A DNA stretch of 64,000 nucleotides from Bacteroidales bacterium (GTDB taxonomy: Bacteria; Bacteroidota; Bacteroidia; Bacteroidales; UBA4417): NCBI GenBank assembly GCA_030654075.1, contig JAURYB010000015.1, positions 1,644-65,643 on the forward strand, in the 5' to 3' direction. The notes beneath the pieces were generated by a model, which was not told the DNA's origin, searched no databases, and saw only the letters and a program-made list of their open reading frames with translations. Within the stretch, counting starts at the first letter, position 1. Each line of letters starts with the position of its first letter. Positions 28,113 to 36,138 of the stretch are shown here, piece by piece. Made by a program: the position numbers and the translations under genes.

Positions 28113-29333
28113 TCATTCTTCCTCCTCATCTACAGCATCTACACCCACAGCTCGTATTACGGATTTCCGTCCATAGCGTAAACGCATGCGGTCCACGGCC
28201 TGGTAAAGGTTTATAAGTTCGGGCGTCTGGTCGAACAGGTCGATTTGCTGTACGCCGGTTACTAAATAGCTGAATTTTACACCAATCAGCCGTATCAACA
28301 TGCGGCGCTGGTACAGTTTGCGGAACAGCTCTTTGGCCACGGGAATCAGCACATGATCGAACGAGGTGTAGCCAATGCGTTGCTGTATAGTATGCGTATC
28401 AAAATTGGAGTAGCGGATTTTTAACGTTACACAGGAGGTGAGTTTTTGTTTTTTGCGGAGTGTAAATGCGATTTTCTCAACCATACGTACCAGCAATTCG
28501 TTAATCATATGTATGTCAATCGTATCCTGCTCAAAAGTAGTTTCGGTGCTGATGGATTTCCGTTCGGAATAGGGGATAACCGGCGTGGTATCGATGCCGT
28601 TGGCTTTTTTCCAGATTACCAGTCCGTTTTGCCCCAGCACTTTTACCATCATTTCCGGTGGCATATGGCCGAGTGTATCGATGGTAGCAATGCCCATGGA
28701 ACGCAGCAGGCGGTAGGTTTTTTCGCCTATGCCGGGGATTTTGCTTATCGAAAGTGGCCCAAGGAAAGGAATTACCCTTTCGGCAGGAATTTCGAGTTCA
28801 CCGTTGGGCTTGGCTACACCGGTGGCTATTTTGCATACTGTTTTGTTTACCGAAAGTCCCAGCGAAATAGGTAAACCTGTTTCGCTGATAATACGTTGCC
28901 GGAGGTCGTGTGTCCATTTCACGCTGCCGAAAAAACGATCCATGCCGGTAATATCGAGGTAATGCTCATCGATACTGGCTTTTTCGTACACAGGTGCACT
29001 TTCGGCAATAACATCGGTTACCATGTTGGAGTATTTGGTGTATTGCTCCATATCGCCACGTACCACGGTAGCGTCGGGGCACAGCATACGGGCCATTTTC
29101 ATAGGCATGGCCGAATGAACGCCGTAAGTTCGTGCTTCATAGCTGCAACTCGATACCACGCTGCGGTCCGAAAAGCCGCCTACAATCACAGGCTTCCCGA
29201 TAAGCTGGCTGTTCATAAGCCGCTCCACAGCTACGAAAAACGTGTCGAGATCCATATGCACAATGGTGCGGCCCGTCCTTCGGAGACTGTCAGGAAACCC
29301 CTGCGGTGAAATTATTTTCAGTTCGTTGTACAT
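28113..29333 (-). CDS. dinB: Y-family DNA polymerase (DinB/Pol IV-like, catalytic residues present)
   Basis: IVHMDLDTFFVAVE and SIDEHYLD carry the catalytic Asp/Glu residues. 406 aa. Occupies the ImuB position upstream of dnaE2. Confidence 0.85.
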   Translation of the reverse strand: MYNELKIISPQGFPDSLRRTGRTIVHMDLDTFFVAVERLMNSQLIGKPVIVGGFSDRSVVSSCSYEARTYGVHSAMPMKMARMLCPDATVVRGDMEQYTKYSNMVTDVIAESAPVYEKASIDEHYLDITGMDRFFGSVKWTHDLRQRIISETGLPISLGLSVNKTVCKIATGVAKPNGELEIPAERVIPFLGPLSISKIPGIGEKTYRLLRSMGIATIDTLGHMPPEMMVKVLGQNGLVIWKKANGIDTTPVIPYSERKSISTETTFEQDTIDIHMINELLVRMVEKIAFTLRKKQKLTSCVTLKIRYSNFDTHTIQQRIGYTSFDHVLIPVAKELFRKLYQRRMLIRLIGVKFSYLVTGVQQIDLFDQTPELINLYQAVDRMRLRYGRKSVIRAVGVDAVDEEEE

Positions 29334-29355
29334 TACTATTAAAAATGTATTACCT

Positions 29356-29374
29356 TTGATTAAAAACTAATCAA
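29356..29374. promoter_or_regulatory. perfect 7-5-7 palindrome TTGATTA-N5-TAATCAA upstream of dinB (candidate operator)
   Basis: Read directly. Lies 23-41 nt upstream of the dinB ATG (29333, minus strand). Confidence 0.3.
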
Positions 29375-29427
29375 AAATCTGACTACAATATAATCATATT
29401 TTTTGAATTGAGGATAGTTATGAGAAA

Positions 29428-29595
29428 AAAACTCACCCCCCGGCCCCCTCTCTTCATGAAGAGAGGGGGTGACTCTCCGATCAGAATTTAACTTTAACCA
29501 ACCAATACCTTGTTAACCAATGTCACCAAATAACTAATTCCTTCGTCTCCACCCCCTCTCTTTCCTTCAAAGAGAGGGGGCAGGGGGTGAGTTTT
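29428..29595. repeat. MITE-like element copy A with terminal inverted repeats and two G5/C5 hairpins
   Basis: Left end AAAACTCACCCCCCGGCCCCCTCTCT against right end AGAGAGGGGGCAGGGGGTGAGTTTT. Hairpins at 29444-29469 and 29552-29580. Confidence 0.7.
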
Positions 29596-29606
29596 GTAAT
29601 CCAGCC

Positions 29607-30023
29607 ATGAAACCTGATTCGCGAAAGAAATTTGTTGTTGCAATTTGCCGGGAGAACCGTAAAAACATGACGGAGGCAGAAAGAATTGTATGGGAATTAG
29701 TCAGAAACAGAAGACTTGACGGAAAGAAGTTTCTGAGGCAACACAAAATAATTTATGAAAATTCATTTGATTCATTTCAATTCTTTGTTGCTGATTTTTA
29801 CTGTGCAGAAGAAAAGCTGATACTTGAAATAGATGGAGAAATCCATGAATCGCAAAAAGAATATGACAATTGGCGAACTTCAGTTCTAGAGGACTTAAGA
29901 TTACGTATTCTGAGAATAAAAAATGAAGAGACAATTTATATAGAACAAGTCAAAGAAAAAATCCGACAAATGTTCATAATAACTCACCCCCCGGCCCCCT
30001 CTCTTCACGAAGAGAGGGGGTGA
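29607..30023 (+). CDS. DUF559 (Vsr-like) endonuclease-domain protein
   Basis: MTEAERIVWELVRNRRL...FLRQHKI...VADFYC...LILEIDGEIH matches the DUF559 pattern. The last 14 codons lie in repeat copy B. Confidence 0.85.
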   Translation: MKPDSRKKFVVAICRENRKNMTEAERIVWELVRNRRLDGKKFLRQHKIIYENSFDSFQFFVADFYCAEEKLILEIDGEIHESQKEYDNWRTSVLEDLRLRILRIKNEETIYIEQVKEKIRQMFIITHPPAPSLHEERG

Positions 30024-30260
30024 CTCTCCGATCAGAATTTAACTTTAACCAACTATTGCCATGTTCACGGATGCCTTTAAATAAGTAATTTCCTCGTATT
30101 CATTCCCCCCTTTCTTTTCTTCAAATATAGAGGGGTGACTCTCCGCTCACAATTTAAATTAAACCAACTATTGTCATGTTCACGGATACCCTTAAATAAT
30201 CAATTTCCTCGTCTCCACCCCTCTCTTTCTTTCAAAGAGAGGGGGCAGGGGGTGAGTTTT
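29981..30260. repeat. MITE-like element copy B (same termini as copy A, with an internal ~110-bp tandem duplication)
   Basis: 29981-30050 is nearly identical to 29431-29500. The right end 30237-30260 equals 29572-29595. The core GTGACTCTCCG...TTCCTCGT occurs twice. Confidence 0.7.
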
Positions 30261-30276
30261 TTCTAATAAAAATATT

Positions 30277-31113
30277 ATGGAACCAACCTTCGGACAAAAC
30301 ATCAAACTCCTGCGTAAACGACGCAGCCGCACGCAGGACGACATCGCCGTAGCCCTGAATATGAAACGCTCCACATTGAGCGGATACGAAAACGGTGTTG
30401 CCGAGCCGGGTATCGAAGCATTGCTGGCATTGGCCAAGTATTTCAAAATATCGGTGGATACCCTGCTTACTGTGGACCTGAGCGAGCTTCGCGATAGCGA
30501 ATTATACCAGTTGGAACATGGATACGATATTTTTGTAAACGGAGGAAACCTTCGGGTACTTACCACTACTGTAGACAGCAAAAACAAGGAGAATATCGAA
30601 GTGATAAACCAGAAAGCCTCAGCCGGTTACCGTACTGGTTTCGCTGACCCTGAATATATTAAGGTATTACCTACTTTTCAATTGCCATTTCTTTCGGCCG
30701 ACCGCAAGTACCGAACTTTTCAGATTACAGGTGATTCTATGTTGCCCATTCCCGACAAATCTTGGGTTACCGGTGAATTTGTGCAGAACTGGGATTTGAT
30801 CCGCGATCACCAGGCATACATCATTCTTACATTAAACGATGGCATAATGTTTAAAGTGGCCGAAAATCGTTTGAAAACAGAAGGAAGGCTCGTATTACAC
30901 TCGCTAAATCCGCTTTACGAATCCTATTCCGTTGATCTGAAAGATTTACGTGAAGTATGGCGTTTTGTGCATTATATCAGTTCGGAACTTCCTGAACCTA
31001 ATCTCCCAGCTAACCAAATGGCGGGTGCCTTGGCTGCCCTTCAGAATGAAGTTGCCGGAATTAAAGCTAAAATGGCTACACAGGGCAAACTATTTGATGA
31101 TGAACTTCAATAG
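30277..31113 (+). CDS. XRE-HTH / S24 peptidase repressor (non-canonical LexA-like)
   Basis: N-terminal HTH (IKLLRKRRSRTQDDIAVALNMKRSTLSGYENG). C-terminal ITGDSMLP Ser and a downstream FKV Lys typical of S24 self-cleaving repressors. Confidence 0.8.
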   Translation: MEPTFGQNIKLLRKRRSRTQDDIAVALNMKRSTLSGYENGVAEPGIEALLALAKYFKISVDTLLTVDLSELRDSELYQLEHGYDIFVNGGNLRVLTTTVDSKNKENIEVINQKASAGYRTGFADPEYIKVLPTFQLPFLSADRKYRTFQITGDSMLPIPDKSWVTGEFVQNWDLIRDHQAYIILTLNDGIMFKVAENRLKTEGRLVLHSLNPLYESYSVDLKDLREVWRFVHYISSELPEPNLPANQMAGALAALQNEVAGIKAKMATQGKLFDDELQ

Positions 31114-31220
31114 TTAAATCAATGGATTTCAGCTGGTTTACGGCACAAAATTTGTGATTAATTATTCTTAGCTGATTTTCTTTCAGATTCATCTATTTCG
31201 TTCATCTAAAGGTTATTGTT

Positions 31221-31607
31221 ATGAGAAAAATTATAAGTGCAATAGTTCTTTTGCTGCTTGCCTGGTCTTGTTCTCCAACGCAAAAAGCTGGATCTTCCGA
31301 TAGGCAATCTACCATTAAAAGTGATAGCGCTGAGTATGAAATTACAATTATCGACAATGAATTTGATCATTGGTATTTGCTGAATTTCTCTCCCGCAAAA
31401 GATCATAGTAATGAGTATTATCGTAATAAGAACCAGGCTGCGGTTGTTGCCTGGAATGGTTATTTTACCAGAAATCGCTATCACCGCATAATTGAAGATT
31501 ATATTTATTTTAATAATTCGATAGATTACGGTATGGAAGTCAACCGTAAGCTCTATTGGTATTTTAAATTTATTGAAGAAACGTATAGAATCCGGCTATT
31601 ATACTGA
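31221..31607 (+). CDS. small lipoprotein of unknown function
   Basis: Signal peptide plus lipobox LLLAWSC. 128 aa. No motif recognised with confidence. Confidence 0.5.
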   Translation: MRKIISAIVLLLLAWSCSPTQKAGSSDRQSTIKSDSAEYEITIIDNEFDHWYLLNFSPAKDHSNEYYRNKNQAAVVAWNGYFTRNRYHRIIEDYIYFNNSIDYGMEVNRKLYWYFKFIEETYRIRLLY

Positions 31608-31692
31608 GATGATTTGCTGAATTACCTTATGGCCTGTATTCTTCATTTTTGGAGTGTGGGTTTTACCCCTTTTTTTTCACCTGACTTGTCAC

Positions 31693-31712
31693 TACCTTTG
31701 CACCCCTAAAAA
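31693..31712 (+). promoter_or_regulatory. putative ychF promoter (-7 box TACCTTTG plus leader)
   Basis: TACCTTTGCACCCCTAAAAA, identical to the rpmH upstream 20-mer. The -7 box is 22 nt before the ATG. Confidence 0.5.
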
Positions 31713-31722
31713 ATAAAGGAAG

Positions 31723-32811
31723 ATGGCTTTAAAATGTGGAATTATAGGTTTGGCTAATACTGGCAAGACCACTCTTTTTAATTGTGTTGCAAATACTAAA
31801 ATCCATGATCAGCCTGGTGCACAGAAATCGCACATGGGACAGATTAATGTTCCGGATAGCCGGCTTGATGTGCTTGATAGTCTTATACATGCGCAACGTG
31901 TGCAACAGGCAACTGTTGACCTGGTTGATATTCCAGGTCTGACTAAAGGTTCAGGACAAGCCGAAAGTACTTCAAGTAAATTTTTATCTGAGATTCAGCA
32001 GACTGATGCTCTGATACATGTACTCCGTTGCTTCGACAGCGATACAGTTCCGCATATAGAAGGTAATGTTAACCCTGTTCGTGACAGGGAAATTGTTGAT
32101 CTGGAACTTTGTATCCGCGACCTGAATATGGTGGAACGTAAGATACAGCGGACCGAAAAGCTGCTCAAATTAGGCGACAAGGATGCCAAAAAAGTAATGG
32201 AAGTGTTGCAAATGTATAAAGCTCATCTCGAGGATTTTAAACCTGCCCGAACAGCTGAGGTTACGGAAGATGAGCATAAACATATTGCGGATATGTACCT
32301 CATTACGGATAAACCTGTAATATATGTATGTAATGTTGACGATGCTTCAGCTGCTACAGGAAATAAATACTCTGAGAACCTGAAAGAATCTGTTAAAGAC
32401 GAAAATGCAGAGGTTTTGGTTATTGCTGCCGCACTCGAAGCTGAAATTGCTGAACTTGAAAGCAAAGAGGATCGGGAAATTTTTCTGGCAGATGCCGGAC
32501 TTGTTGAGCCGGGTGTTAATAAAGTAGTTCAGTCAGCTTACAAATTACTAAACCTGATGTCGTTTTTCACGGTTGGTGTTAAGGAAGTCCGTGCATGGAC
32601 TATTCACCGTGGCATGACTGCACCTCAGGCAGCCGGTGTTATACACAGCGATCTCGAACGCGGTTTTATACGTGCCGAAGTAATCAAATACAACGACTTC
32701 ATTACTTTAAAAACCGAACACGCTTGTAAAGAACACGGTAAACTGGCTATTGAAGGCAAAAACTATGTTGTCGGCGATGGCGATTGCCTGAATATCCGAT
32801 TTAATGTATAA
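31723..32811 (+). CDS. ychF: redox-regulated ribosome-binding ATPase YchF
   Basis: MALKCGIIGLANTGKTTLFN P-loop, DIPGL, and the C-terminal TGS-like FIRAEV motif. 362 aa. Confidence 0.95.
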   Translation: MALKCGIIGLANTGKTTLFNCVANTKIHDQPGAQKSHMGQINVPDSRLDVLDSLIHAQRVQQATVDLVDIPGLTKGSGQAESTSSKFLSEIQQTDALIHVLRCFDSDTVPHIEGNVNPVRDREIVDLELCIRDLNMVERKIQRTEKLLKLGDKDAKKVMEVLQMYKAHLEDFKPARTAEVTEDEHKHIADMYLITDKPVIYVCNVDDASAATGNKYSENLKESVKDENAEVLVIAAALEAEIAELESKEDREIFLADAGLVEPGVNKVVQSAYKLLNLMSFFTVGVKEVRAWTIHRGMTAPQAAGVIHSDLERGFIRAEVIKYNDFITLKTEHACKEHGKLAIEGKNYVVGDGDCLNIRFNV

Positions 32812-32875
32812 AGTGAATAATAAGAATCGAAATTTAAAATCATCAAAAAGGGACAAATCAACTTACAGTTTTATA

Positions 32876-32926
32876 CAGAAAAGAAGACCAAAGATTCTGC
32901 ATCTTTGATCTTCTTTTCTGTTTTTG
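32876..32926 (+). terminator. rho-independent terminator after ychF
   Basis: 20-bp stem CAGAAAAGAAGACCAAAGAT / ATCTTTGATCTTCTTTTCTG, loop TCTGC, followed by TTTTT. Confidence 0.85.
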
Positions 32927-33163
32927 GATATTGCGGAATTAATAGTTTTACCTACAGAAAATCATTTTTAAAAAGGAAATTAGCTCAACGATATTGAGTT
33001 CTACTCACCATATTTATTTTCTTTTCTCTTAAAAGTCTAAAATAATAACACTTCCTGGTTAAGTTTCAACATTTATTTATATTTTTACGTATCTTTAATA
33101 AAACGGGTAAAAATAAGAATTATCCCCATAATTTATTGATTTGCAATTACTGACAATCTTGCT

Positions 33164-33742
33164 TTGAAAAAAATAGAACTAAATATTGTAGGGCTAAGCT
33201 ATAGCCAGGCTCAGTCCAATTCATATGCCCTTGTATTGGGCGAAACGAATGGCAAGCGGAGGTTGCCCATTGTAATAGGTCATTACGAAGCACAGGCAAT
33301 TGCCCTGGAGCTTGAAAAAATGAAGCCATCACGTCCGTTGACACATGATTTGTTTTACAATTTTGCTAAAACATATGGGATCAATGTTGTTGAAGTACAG
33401 ATCACAAAGTTTCACGAAGGTATTTTTTATGCGACACTTGTGTGCGACAATGGAATAAGTATTCATGAAATTGATTCGCGCACTTCAGATGCTGTAGCGT
33501 TATCTATCAGATTTCACTGTCCTATATTCACTACTGAAGAAATTATGTCGCAGGCTGGAATTCTGTTTGAAGAAGAAGATCCATCCGCCGATAGTCTTGA
33601 TTCTGCATCTGATGATGAAATCTATTCTGATTTCAGAAATCTCACTACAAATGAGCTTGAAGGAGAACTTCAAAAGGCAGTTGATGCTGAAGATTATGAA
33701 AAAGCTTCTCTGATCCGTGATGAAATCAGGAGAAGGAAATAA
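33164..33742 (+). CDS. bifunctional nuclease family protein (DUF151) with C-terminal UVR motif
   Basis: LSYSQAQSNSYALVLGETNGKRRLPIVIG...RPLTHDL core and C-terminal DAEDYEKASLIRDEIRRR. TTG start. Confidence 0.8.
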   Translation: MKKIELNIVGLSYSQAQSNSYALVLGETNGKRRLPIVIGHYEAQAIALELEKMKPSRPLTHDLFYNFAKTYGINVVEVQITKFHEGIFYATLVCDNGISIHEIDSRTSDAVALSIRFHCPIFTTEEIMSQAGILFEEEDPSADSLDSASDDEIYSDFRNLTTNELEGELQKAVDAEDYEKASLIRDEIRRRK

Positions 33743-33881
33743 AACCAATGATTAAGCCTGGTTATTTTATATCCGGCATTAGCAGGAAATGAAATTTTGT
33801 TTTCAAATCCCTTTTCATTTTTGTAGAGGAACAATAATACTGAACTACAATTAACGACTCATAAATCTCAAAAATTTCAAC

Positions 33882-35135
33882 ATGACTATCAAGTATCGCT
33901 TAACCGTCATGAGTTTCCTGCAATTCTTTGTTTGGGGAGCCTGGCTTATCACAATCGGCACATATTGCTTTAACGCGAAAGGTTGGACCGGCGCACAATT
34001 TGGGGCTATTTTTTCAACACTTGCCATTGCTTCAATTTTCATGCCGGCAATCACTGGAATTATTGCTGATAAATGGATAAATACAGAAAAACTTTATGGG
34101 ATTCTGCACATTTTGTATGGGTTGGTTTTGTTGTATGTTCCCCAGGTGAACGATCCTGATACACTTTATTACGTGATTTTACTGGCTATGATTTTTTATA
34201 TGCCGACAATATCATTATCAAACTCAATTTCATACACCATACTGAAAAACAATAACTACGATGTGATAAAAGTATTTCCTCCTATTCGAGTTTGGGGAAC
34301 AATCGGATTTATTGTTGCCATGTGGATAACCAATCTTACCGGTAGCAAAGCGAATGCTAACCAATTTATTATTGGGGCGGTAGCCGCTATTGCACTGGGT
34401 ATTTATTCGTTTACCCTTCCTGCCTGCAAACCACAGAAATCGATCTCAAAAGATTCGTCACTGATAGAGGTATTAGGCTTGAATGCGTTTAAACTGTTTG
34501 CCAATTACAAAATGGCGCTGTTCTTTATTTTCGCTATGTTTCTGGGTGCCGCCTTGCAGTTAACCAATATGTACGGTGATTCGTTTCTTGACGATTTTAA
34601 AAATATTCCGATCTACGCGGATTCGTTTGTTGTAAAATATTCAACTATTATAATGTCAATTTCGCAGATGTCCGAAACCTTATTTATCCTGACAATTCCA
34701 TTTTTTCTCAGGCGTTTTGGGATAAAGAAAGTGATGTTATTTTCAATGATAGCCTGGGTTTTACGTTTTGGTTTGTTTGCTTATGGCAACCCTGCAGATG
34801 GATTGTGGATGATAATTTTATCGTGTGTTGTGTATGGTATGGCTTTCGACTTTTTCAACATTTCAGGCTCCTTGTTTGTTGAAACTACTACTGATCCTAA
34901 AATCAGGTCGAGTGCCCAGGGATTATTTATGATGATGACAAACGGTTTTGGCGCCTTTACAGGCAGCAAAGTTAGCGGCTATGTGATTGATAAATATTAC
35001 ACAAATGCTGAAGGAAAAGACTGGCATGGAATATGGATTGCGTTTGCCGTTTACGCGCTCATAGTGACAATCTTATTTGCCATTTTCTTTAAACATAAAC
35101 ACGATCCGAAAGCAATTGAAAACCTTGCTCATTGA
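33882..35135 (+). CDS. nucleoside:H+ symporter (NupG/XapB-type MFS)
   Basis: 417 aa, about 12 TM. N-terminal RLTVMSFLQFFVWGAWLITIGTY is typical of nucleoside permeases. Confidence 0.75.
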   Translation: MTIKYRLTVMSFLQFFVWGAWLITIGTYCFNAKGWTGAQFGAIFSTLAIASIFMPAITGIIADKWINTEKLYGILHILYGLVLLYVPQVNDPDTLYYVILLAMIFYMPTISLSNSISYTILKNNNYDVIKVFPPIRVWGTIGFIVAMWITNLTGSKANANQFIIGAVAAIALGIYSFTLPACKPQKSISKDSSLIEVLGLNAFKLFANYKMALFFIFAMFLGAALQLTNMYGDSFLDDFKNIPIYADSFVVKYSTIIMSISQMSETLFILTIPFFLRRFGIKKVMLFSMIAWVLRFGLFAYGNPADGLWMIILSCVVYGMAFDFFNISGSLFVETTTDPKIRSSAQGLFMMMTNGFGAFTGSKVSGYVIDKYYTNAEGKDWHGIWIAFAVYALIVTILFAIFFKHKHDPKAIENLAH

Positions 35136-35205
35136 GTTTCTGTTGAAAAGAAATTTATTTACTTACTCTTTAAGAAGTAAACTGCTCATTTAGTTGTTTA
35201 ATACT

Positions 35206-35240
35206 AAAAATCATCTTCTTAAAAGGAGATGATTTTTATA
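35206..35240 (+). terminator. putative terminator after the nucleoside permease gene
   Basis: AAAAATCATCT / AGATGATTTTT stem with a 10-nt loop, followed by a T-rich tail. Confidence 0.55.
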
Positions 35241-35253
35241 TAATATCTTGGAA

Positions 35254-36048
35254 ATGAAACAATATCACGACTTGTTAAATCATGTACTTTCAAAGGGTGT
35301 AAAAAAAGAAGACCGCACCGGCACCGGTACTGTAAGCGTGTTTGGATACCAGATGCGTTTTAACCTGGCTGAAGGATTTCCAGCTGTTACCACCAAAAAA
35401 CTCCATTTACGTTCTATTATTCATGAATTGTTGTGGTTCCTGAAAGGTGAAACCAATGTTCAATACCTGCACGACAACAAAGTCAGCATATGGGACGAAT
35501 GGGCTGACCCACTGGGAAACCTTGGCCCGGTTTATGGTTACCAGTGGCGTTCGTGGCCGGCGGCTGATGGCACGCATATCGACCAGGTAAGCCAGGTTAT
35601 TGAAATGATCAGGAAAAATCCCGACTCACGCCGTATCATAATAAGCGCATGGAATGTTGGAATGATCAAGGACATGGCTTTACCACCCTGCCATTTGTTG
35701 TTTCAGTTTTATGTGGCTGATGGCAAACTTTCGTGTCAGCTTTATCAGCGTAGTGCTGATATTTTCCTTGGCGTGCCTTTTAATATTGCTTCGTATGCTT
35801 TACTCACTATGATGATAGCCCAGGTTACCGGCCTTGAGCTGGGTGATTTTGTTCATACTTTTGGTGATGCGCATATTTACCTGAATCATATGGACCAGGT
35901 AAATCTGCAACTTTCGCGCGATTTCAGGCCGCTTCCACAAATGAAAATAAATCCTGATGTAAAAGATATTTTTAGTTTTAAATACGAAGATTTTGAACTA
36001 ACAGGTTACGATCCACACCCGGGAATTAAAGCGCCGGTGGCTGTGTAA
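35254..36048 (+). CDS. thyA: thymidylate synthase
   Basis: [27 protein letters not shown] and DAHIY motifs. ATG at 35254. Confidence 0.95.
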   Translation: MKQYHDLLNHVLSKGVKKEDRTGTGTVSVFGYQMRFNLAEGFPAVTTKKLHLRSIIHELLWFLKGETNVQYLHDNKVSIWDEWADPLGNLGPVYGYQWRSWPAADGTHIDQVSQVIEMIRKNPDSRRIIISAWNVGMIKDMALPPCHLLFQFYVADGKLSCQLYQRSADIFLGVPFNIASYALLTMMIAQVTGLELGDFVHTFGDAHIYLNHMDQVNLQLSRDFRPLPQMKINPDVKDIFSFKYEDFELTGYDPHPGIKAPVAV

Positions 36049-36138
36049 GTGAAAAGTGAATGGTGAATAGTGAATAGTGAATAGAGAATAGTGAATAGAA
36101 ATTTGTGATTTACGATTTACGATTTACGATTTACGAAT
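36049..36138. repeat. heptamer arrays (GTGAATA)x~7 then (ACGATTT)x4
   Basis: gtgaaaa gtgaatg gtgaata x3 gagaata gtgaata gaaattt gtgattt acgattt x3. Starts at the thyA stop. Confidence 0.85.

Noticed and set aside
27925-28176. 83-aa ORF with YDLR-type peptide repeats
   Set aside because: It is a translation of the period-7 DNA arrays (7-aa periodicity follows from the 21-nt phase). No start context is present, and it overlaps the dinB 3' end on the opposite strand.
28113-29333. Calling the Y-family polymerase ImuB (catalytically dead)
   Set aside because: The catalytic DxD (MDLDTF) and DE (SIDEH) residues are present, so it looks like an active DinB-type enzyme despite the ImuB-like position upstream of dnaE2. 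No imuA-like gene is present.
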